From a virus (Duplodnaviria; Heunggongvirae; Uroviricota; Caudoviricetes): DNA of 6,906 nucleotides. Both the position numbers and the translations under genes were made by a program. Position 1 is the first letter of the stretch, and the number at the start of each line of letters is the position of its first letter. A model generated the notes under the pieces. That model saw nothing but the letters and a program-made list of their open reading frames with translations, made no database searches and had not been told where the DNA came from. The stretch lies in IMG/VR virus record IMGVR_UViG_648276671_000005; one strand, given 5' to 3'. Positions 1 to 4,442 of this stretch are shown piece after piece.

Positions 1-218
1 ACGCCGTTAAGCTCAATACCATCACGGCGCATCACCTCAGCAACAACACGCGCGTAATTTTCGGCTATCACGCTGTCCGGCTGCGTGGCCTCCTGTTCGC
101 CAGCCTGCTGGCTGATTCCGGTAATACTGCGGATTATCCCGAGCGCTTCGGTCTCGGTCATGGTCATGGTCATGGTCATGGTCATGGTCATGGTCATGGT
201 CATGGTCATGGCCTCCAT
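1..218 (-). CDS. Partial CDS (3' end beyond window start) of unknown function with an N-terminal (Met-Thr)9 repeat
   Basis: Minus-strand frame is open from ATG at 216-218 to position 3 with no stop (my manual translation: MEA(MT)9ETEALGIIRSITGISQQAGEQEATQPDSVIAENYARVVAEVMRRDGIELNG...). A strong Shine-Dalgarno AAGGAGGA (complement of 231-238) lies 12 nt upstream of the ATG. Same strand as every other gene here. Not in the ORF track because it has no stop in the window. Frame choice is uncertain: five of six frames are open across the repeat. Confidence 0.4.
   Translation of the reverse strand, partial: MEAMTMTMTMTMTMTMTMTMTETEALGIIRSITGISQQAGEQEATQPDSVIAENYARVVAEVMRRDGIELNG
156..209. repeat. 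Perfect tandem hexanucleotide repeat (GGTCAT)9, i.e. (ATGACC)9 on the minus strand
   Basis: Direct reading: nine uninterrupted GGTCAT units at 156-209, flanked by GGTCTC (150-155) and GGC. Encodes (MT)9 in the favoured minus frame, (HD)9 in the ORF-track 37..315 frame, and (GH)/(VM) on the plus strand. Confidence 0.95.
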
Positions 219-454
219 AGTGATGGCGGGTCCTCCTTGTGGGGTGCCCTGCCACGGGGCGGGAGCATCGCGGAAAAAGGCTAGTTTTTGCATTTTTATT
301 CGTCATCACCACCAATGCAATATATTGATATGACTTGATGTTTTATTTTTCGGTGTCGATTTCGATTGTTTTTTGTTCATCACTGACGCATAACGCCCAC
401 CAGCGCAACGCTGAAAGCCAGTCAGTAAACTGGCTTCGGTCATTGTGCACTACG

Positions 455-998
455 TTACTTGTCTTTATCCGGCTGAAACTTATCAGGCACATTTCCGGTA
501 GTTTCCATCAGATAATCGGACAGCATTCGCGGGATGTTTTCATCAAGTTTTGTGCATGCGTTACAGGCTCTGACAACTTCTTTTTTCAGGCCATCCAGCA
601 TGACGGGGGTCATCTGTGGGAAGCTCCTTTGCATAGTAAGCGGGCAGGCTGTCCATGATTGATGAAATCTGACTCGCCAGTTTTGAAAGCGCGTACATGC
701 AAAACTCTGTATCAATCACGTCACCGCGATCGCGCTCGTTTTTAAGTTCCTGCGCCTCCGCCTGTGCTGTCAGTAATCTGATCCTGACTCGTAAGAGTTC
801 ATCATCATCAATCTCGCCTTTGTCGTTTGTAAGCTGGCTAATTGCATTGTTAACCCTATTGTCTATCACGCTGGCAACATCATAAAACGCCTCACGGCCT
901 TTACGTTCAATGGGAGTCACTCCCCACTTGTCGAATGCTGTAGCACTTACCCGGCAGCTTTGCGCCATGGTTTTTTTGTTCATCAGGTGCGATTTCAT
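455..998 (-). pseudogene. Lambda Nu1-like terminase small subunit (terS), interrupted by a +1 frameshift at a C5 run (G5 on plus strand, 605-609)
   Basis: ORF 561..1001 (N-terminal part) contains LTAQAEAQELKNERDRGDVIDTEFCMYALSKLASQISSIMDSLP, matching lambda Nu1 [45 protein letters not shown]. ORF 455..715 in the +1 frame contains MLDGLKKEVVRACNACTKLDENIPRMLSDYLMETTG, matching the Nu1 C-terminus FLKRDIIKAMNKAAALDELIPGLLSEYIEQSG. Removing one C from the run GACCCCCGTCATG joins them into an approximately 178-aa protein (Nu1 is 181 aa). Start taken at ATG 996-998 (MKSHLMNKK...); ATG at 983 is an alternative. Could be a real inactivation or a homopolymer sequencing error. Confidence 0.75.
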
Positions 999-1120
999 CA
1001 ATATCCCAACTTGGTCAAGGTTTCAGGTTGGTGTGTTGGTGTTATCTTTCCCTTTTTATTCATGGAGATAGAGCAAACAACAAAACCACCACCACCACCC
1101 TGAAAAAGCTCATAAATAGC

Positions 1121-1151
1121 GAAAAACCGCGAGGTCGCCGCCCCGTAACGG
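1121..1151. other. Lambda-type cos site (cosN core; 12-nt cohesive-end sequence GGGCGGCGACCT at 1132-1143 on the minus strand)
   Basis: Minus strand reads TTACGGGGCGGCGACCTCGCGGTTTTTCGCTATTTATGA, near-identical to the lambda cosN region GGGCGGCGACCTCGCGGGTTTTCGCTATTTATGAAAA as I recall it. It lies about 135 bp upstream of the Nu1-like gene, as in lambda where cosB separates cosN from Nu1. Confidence 0.75.
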
Positions 1152-1175
1152 GTCCATATGCCGGAAAGGACCCGT

Positions 1176-1198
1176 AAAAAAAGCCGGATTTCTCCGGC
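1176..1198 (-). terminator. Rho-independent terminator after the capsid operon
   Basis: Minus strand: GCCGGA-GAAA-TCCGGC followed by TTTTTTT (A7 at 1176-1182 on plus strand), starting 7 nt past the stop of the 137-aa gene. Confidence 0.7.
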
Positions 1199-1204
1199 CT
1201 TGTC

Positions 1205-1618
1205 TCAGATGGTTTTCAGTATGCGATCGATGTCGCCATCATCGCCCGGGTTTCTGCCAGCGTATGCCATACCAGCTGATACGGCTTTCGGGCTGTGCAT
1301 GTCCATAAAGTTTTCAAAGGCTGCGGTAAGCTCTGGTGCAACCTTCTGGCGTTCCTGCTCTATGGTCATGCTAAGGATGCTTTTAGCCGTACCAACATCG
1401 ATACAAGGCACGTTTGCCATTGCACGTAACAGCGGCTGATAGTCGCCAGATTCATCAAGCGCCATAATCGCATCAGAGCGCGGCTTGTCCTTCTCTTCCA
1501 GGCTGTTAAGTTGATATACGGCCTCGTAGGTTGATAAACCTCTGTCAGCCATTGCCCGCGCTTCGGCCTTAAATTTACTCGCCAGCGGTAGCGTCATGAT
1601 GCTTTCATTCGTTGCCAT
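1205..1618 (-). CDS. Hypothetical protein (137 aa), last gene of the capsid operon
   Basis: ORF-track ORF with SD GAGGGA 5 nt before the ATG (complement of 1619-1630), 12-nt gap after the gpD-like gene, terminator directly downstream. No family recognised by eye; no obvious match to lambda FI. Confidence 0.65.
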   Translation of the reverse strand: MATNESIMTLPLASKFKAEARAMADRGLSTYEAVYQLNSLEEKDKPRSDAIMALDESGDYQPLLRAMANVPCIDVGTAKSILSMTIEQERQKVAPELTAAFENFMDMHSPKAVSAGMAYAGRNPGDDGDIDRILKTI

Positions 1619-1630
1619 CGTTCCCTCTGC

Positions 1631-1966
1631 TTATCGGGCCAGTGGCTGAACGGATACGCCAGAACCCGCAAAGGCGGCGCATTTTTTCGCATCGGTGTCG
1701 ACGCTCTCAGGCCAGTTAACGGCGGCGATATTAAATATCCCCGTCTTATAGCACTGTGCTGATTTCTGCGTCGACGTGTCAACGGGGTACGAGGTCAGAT
1801 AAACAGCCTTGCCAGATTCCTGACCATCCCACGGCTTAAACTCGCCATTGTCCGCCAGCATCAGCGGGGTAAATTCCTGAATAACTCCAGCATCAGCGGC
1901 AAAATGTACCAGCGTCGTGGATACCTGCTGACTGCCTGCAAATAACTCAATGTATGGAGTGTTCAT
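1631..1966 (-). CDS. Head decoration protein, lambda gpD-like (111 aa)
   Basis: TPLMLADNGEFKPWDGQESGKAVYLTSYPVDTSTQKSAQCYKTGIFNIAAVNWPESVDTDAKKCAAFAGSGVSV aligns with lambda gpD [75 protein letters not shown]. Length matches gpD (110 aa). SD GGGGGA upstream. Confidence 0.8.
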   Translation of the reverse strand: MNTPYIELFAGSQQVSTTLVHFAADAGVIQEFTPLMLADNGEFKPWDGQESGKAVYLTSYPVDTSTQKSAQCYKTGIFNIAAVNWPESVDTDAKKCAAFAGSGVSVQPLAR

Positions 1967-1977
1967 AGAATCCCCCG

Positions 1978-3033
1978 TTAAGCAATTTTGACGGTAACAA
2001 ATTTGCGAATATCTGCCGGTACCGGCTGCGGTGCGCTGTGCGTCTGCACGTACTCAATCGCCGGATCGCCATCCTCAATCCAGTTTTTCGGGTAGTACAT
2101 GTTTTGCGTTGCGCCAGTTCTTACCGCTTCCGGATCCATAATCGCACCATAGGCCACCAGCCCTTTATTGTTAGTGTTGCCCAGGACAAGCAAATCAGGC
2201 TCAAGGAAATATTTTTCGGTGCCATCGCTGTCGGTGTATTTGCCGGAATAGACGATAAGGGCCAGATCACCCAGATAGCCTTTAAAGCTCACCACTTCGC
2301 CCAGGTTTTTACAGGCCAGCTCTGCGGCGGATTCTGAACCACGGGAAAGATCGTACAGTTCACGGAATTTTTTAAAGCTGCGTAACGTGCGCCATACCTC
2401 AGCGCCCATAATCATGACGTTGGCGGGGCAACCAGCCTGATCGGTGTATAGTTCGATGTCATAGATTGGATCGTGTGTTTCCTTATCTGCCTCAGACCAC
2501 TTTTTGCCCGATCCCTGCGTAATGATGTTTTTAGTCGGGATTTTCCAGTCGATTTCGTATCTATTTATTCCTTCGCCCTCAATGATGTTTTTTCCGGTCG
2601 TGACCGCATTCACCGCCAGCCATTCTATGCGAGCTTTAATAGCGTTTACCTGGCGGCGCATGTTGCCAGTAATCAGGCGCATACGGCGATAAGTTGGATC
2701 GTTAAGCTGTGCCGGATCTTCTCCAGCCATGCGCATGATGGTTTTTGATGGATCGATTTCGTGTTTTGGTTTCATGTAGCCAGGGCGGATAGTGCTTGTT
2801 TCGTACCCTTTATCGCGCTGAACCTGACTCCCCACCATAGGCGAACAAAAAGCCGACATGGTGACTTCTTCAATATCCAGGGTATCTAACATGATGTCCT
2901 GCGTGTTGAAGGTTGCCACGTTCGGGAAAAACAGCGACGTAAACAGCGGACTGAATTTAAATTCCGAAATATCCCCACGATTCAGGTACGCGAAAAGCTG
3001 GTTAGTGTTAAGTGCCGTTGCTTTGCCTGTCAT
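1978..3033 (-). CDS. Major capsid protein, lambda gpE family (351 aa)
   Basis: Co-linear similarity to lambda gpE across the whole length: FKFSPLF vs FKFDPLF; RPGYMKPKHEI vs TPGYVKPKHEV; EDPAQLNDPTYRRMR vs EDPQNLADPAYRRRR; NIITQGSGKKWSEADKETHDP vs NNITQGSGTEWSKRDKSTYDP; VSFKGYLGDLALIVYSGKY vs VSYKGMYGDVAIVVYSGQY; VLGNTNNKGLVAYG vs VLGNTQARGLRTYG; YPKNWIEDGDPAIEY vs YPKNWVTTGDPAREF. gpE is 341 aa. Confidence 0.9.
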   Translation of the reverse strand: MTGKATALNTNQLFAYLNRGDISEFKFSPLFTSLFFPNVATFNTQDIMLDTLDIEEVTMSAFCSPMVGSQVQRDKGYETSTIRPGYMKPKHEIDPSKTIMRMAGEDPAQLNDPTYRRMRLITGNMRRQVNAIKARIEWLAVNAVTTGKNIIEGEGINRYEIDWKIPTKNIITQGSGKKWSEADKETHDPIYDIELYTDQAGCPANVMIMGAEVWRTLRSFKKFRELYDLSRGSESAAELACKNLGEVVSFKGYLGDLALIVYSGKYTDSDGTEKYFLEPDLLVLGNTNNKGLVAYGAIMDPEAVRTGATQNMYYPKNWIEDGDPAIEYVQTHSAPQPVPADIRKFVTVKIA

Positions 3034-3239
3034 TATTCACCCCCATGAGTCTGATTCATGCCCAGCGCCGCGCGTAAATAGGCGCGTACCTGCCAGCCTG
3101 TTGACGGCTCAACCATCGCCAGCGGCTCAAGTCCTGCCGCAATGCCTGCTTTTACGTTCTGCTGGTGGCGTTCCTTGAGCGCCTCCACGATGTCTGGGCT
3201 TATGTAAACTGTCACCCCGCCTTTTTTCTCTTCTGCCAT
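3033..3239 (-). CDS. Small hypothetical protein (68 aa from ATG at 3239; 79 aa if the GTG at 3272 is used), translationally coupled to the capsid gene
   Basis: Its stop overlaps the gpE-like start as TAATG (3031-3035). The ORF-track start at 3272 is a GTG inside the palindrome; the internal ATG at 3237-3239 (MAEEKKGG...) has a GAGGAA SD upstream and is preferred. No recognisable family. Confidence 0.5.
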   Translation of the reverse strand: MAEEKKGGVTVYISPDIVEALKERHQQNVKAGIAAGLEPLAMVEPSTGWQVRAYLRAALGMNQTHGGE

Positions 3240-3266
3240 AGTCGGAAATTCCTCTTTGACGTTAAA

Positions 3267-3298
3267 AATCACAACTGGATGTTCATCCAGTTGTGATT
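3267..3298. promoter_or_regulatory. 32-bp perfect palindrome (15-bp arms, 2-bp centre): candidate operator or 5'-leader hairpin for the capsid operon
   Basis: AATCACAACTGGATG-TT-CATCCAGTTGTGATT; arms are exact reverse complements, checked base by base. Directly abuts and overlaps the putative -10 element and lies about 30-60 bp upstream of the first capsid-operon start codon. Confidence 0.6.
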
Positions 3299-3323
3299 AT
3301 AATCATGATTTCATTTTACGCAA
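3296..3323 (-). promoter_or_regulatory. Putative sigma70-type promoter for the capsid operon
   Basis: Minus strand: -35 TTGCGT (complement of 3318-3323), 16-nt spacer, -10 TATAAT (complement of 3296-3301); the palindrome begins at the -10 and covers the predicted start-site region. Sequence pattern only. Confidence 0.35.
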
Positions 3324-3408
3324 TAATATTGAGTTGTATTGCAAATTGTGAAATGATTTCCGGCAACAGTAGTCACCATACTGTTAGATAAAAGCCTCAT
3401 ATGCAAAA

Positions 3409-3445
3409 GCCCGATAAGACCCTCTGACCTTATCGGGCTTTTTTT
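3409..3445 (+). terminator. Rho-independent terminator oriented on the plus strand (possibly bidirectional)
   Basis: GCCCGATAAG-(10-nt loop)-CTTATCGGGC followed by TTTTTTT (3439-3445), preceded by AAAA. On the minus strand only TTTT follows the stem. Confidence 0.5.
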
Positions 3446-3452
3446 GGGGCAT

Positions 3453-3474
3453 AAAAAAGCCGGACTTCTCCGGC
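3453..3474 (-). terminator. Rho-independent terminator after the ssb operon
   Basis: Minus strand: GCCGGA-GAAG-TCCGGC followed by TTTTTT, 17 nt past the ssb stop. Nearly identical to the hairpin at 1176-1198 (one loop difference). Confidence 0.7.
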
Positions 3475-3490
3475 TTCTGTTACTCGTTGC

Positions 3491-3913
3491 TTAAAACGGT
3501 ATGTTATCCCCGTACGGATCATCGTTACCCGCCTGTTGTTTTGCCCTGTTCAGTGCGTCAGTAGCCTGCCCTTGCTGGCCTTTTTTGCCGCCCGGTCGCG
3601 CCGTTCTCGCACTGATTACGCTGTCTGCGATAACCTGCCAGCCCTGCCGCGTTTCGCCGTTCTGGCCTGTCCACTGGCTTACCTGCATGTTACCCGCCAC
3701 GCTCACCAGTTCGCCTTTGTGGTGTTTTGCCAGCGCATCGGCCTGTCTGCCAAACGCCAGGACGGATAACCACATCGTCGCCGTTCCGTCATCTGCCTGG
3801 CTGCACGGAAGGGGGACCGCCATACTAGCCATCGTCATTTGTGTACCCTTGCTGGTGGTCTTTAACTGCGGGTCAGCCACCAGCCGCCCGTAAGCCGCTA
3901 TCTGTGCTGTCAT
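3491..3913 (-). CDS. ssb: Single-stranded DNA-binding protein (SSB), 140 aa
   Basis: OB-fold region WLSVLAFGRQADALAKHHKGELVSVAGNMQVSQWTGQNGETRQGWQVIADSV resembles E. coli SSB [52 protein letters not shown]. Gly/Gln-rich linker and acidic C-terminal tail DDPYGDNIPF (compare SSB DFDDDIPF). Confidence 0.85.
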   Translation of the reverse strand: MTAQIAAYGRLVADPQLKTTSKGTQMTMASMAVPLPCSQADDGTATMWLSVLAFGRQADALAKHHKGELVSVAGNMQVSQWTGQNGETRQGWQVIADSVISARTARPGGKKGQQGQATDALNRAKQQAGNDDPYGDNIPF

Positions 3914-4155
3914 GCTGTCTGCTCTCCGGTTTTAACGTTGATGGTTGTCACCTGTTCCGCTTCGGCAATCTCCCGTTCTGTCAGCGTGGCAAAGTTTGCA
4001 GCTGCCGTTGTCATGAATGCGCTAATCAGTTCGGGATGTGCTTTCGCATATCCTTCCCCGGCGTTGCGGTCGATGATTTTTATCGACACTCTTAACCAGT
4101 GTTCCGTCAAATCAAGGGCGTGCGATTGTGATTTTTTTGTGTGCTTCGCTGTCAT
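3910..4155 (-). CDS. Hypothetical protein (81 aa), first gene of the ssb operon
   Basis: ORF-track ORF whose stop overlaps the ssb start as ATGA (3910-3913); sits directly downstream of the iteron/ori region. No family recognised. Confidence 0.55.
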   Translation of the reverse strand: MTAKHTKKSQSHALDLTEHWLRVSIKIIDRNAGEGYAKAHPELISAFMTTAAANFATLTEREIAEAEQVTTINVKTGEQTA

Positions 4156-4202
4156 AGGCTTTATCTCACAGCAGTAAATTAAAATTTTTGCGTTTTAACC
4201 CT

Positions 4203-4430
4203 TCACCTGTTCACCTTTTGATATTTTCCATTTAAATTCATACTGTTAAGTGGTGAACAGTTTCACAAAAACTATTCACCAACTGTTCACCACTGTTCAC
4301 CCTTGAAGCTCAATAAACAACCAAAAAGGTGAACAGTGAATAGTTTGGTGAACAGTTCATAAATAACTGTTCACCCTATAATATACTGATATAAAAGATA
4401 TTTATGACAGGGTGAACAGTGGTGAACAGT
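4203..4430. repeat. Iteron array, putative origin of replication (nine perfect 9-mers GGTGAACAG/CTGTTCACC in both orientations)
   Basis: Forward GGTGAACAG at 4252-4260, 4328-4336, 4347-4355, 4411-4419, 4421-4429; reverse CTGTTCACC at 4207-4215, 4283-4291, 4293-4301, 4367-4375; plus degenerate copies (4273-4280, 4336-4344). Flanked by an AT-rich stretch at about 4170-4250. Starts immediately after the replication-protein stop. The core TGTTCACC is, as I recall, the P4 ori/crr type I iteron bound by P4 alpha. Confidence 0.8.
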
Positions 4431-4442
4431 TATTCCATAAGT

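Noticed and set aside
1-281. Plus-strand frame open from the window start to a TAG at about 280, encoding a C-terminal (Gly-His)9 tract
   Set aside because: It shares codon phase with the favoured minus-strand frame, and antisense frames of real genes are often open. Every other gene in the window is on the minus strand. Cannot be fully excluded without upstream sequence.
37-315. Minus-strand ORF encoding a (His-Asp)9 tract (ORF-track 92 aa), and plus-strand ORF 85..333 encoding (Val-Met)9
   Set aside because: Both are alternative frames across the hexamer repeat. Their flanking sequence is Arg/Pro/Cys-rich and not protein-like, and the HD frame starts at a TTG. The minus-strand MT frame has a canonical SD plus ATG and a long open frame, so it is preferred, though not proven.
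335-658. Plus-strand ORF (107 aa) and other plus-strand ORFs at 697..885, 1158..1439, 2038..2337, 2473..2748, 2858..3178, 3501..3893, 3841..4095, 3938..4177, 5143..5628, 6082..6366, 6574..6819
   Set aside because: All lie antisense to minus-strand genes with clear homology or strong operon context (Nu1, gpD, gpE, SSB, replication protein), and have low-complexity or Cys/Ser-rich translations typical of shadow ORFs.
561-1001. Treating the two Nu1-like ORFs (146 aa and 86 aa) as two separate genuine genes
   Set aside because: Together they align co-linearly to one lambda Nu1 protein and meet at a homopolymer run; a single frameshifted gene explains both.
1594-1782. Minus-strand 62-aa ORF overlapping the gpD-like gene in another frame; also 5288..5470 and 5867..6199 inside the replication gene
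   Set aside because: Out-of-frame overlaps with well-supported longer genes on the same strand; Arg-rich translations; no independent start signals.
3267-3298. Palindrome as a canonical LexA (SOS) box
   Set aside because: The core is CTGG-N8-CCAG rather than CTGT-N8-ACAG and the centre is not AT-alternating; it is kept as a generic operator candidate, not called as a LexA site.
4203-4430. Possible CRISPR array because of the many short direct repeats
   Set aside because: Repeats are only 9-10 bp, occur in both orientations with irregular spacing and no spacer-sized unique segments of 28-40 bp; the pattern fits replication-origin iterons instead.
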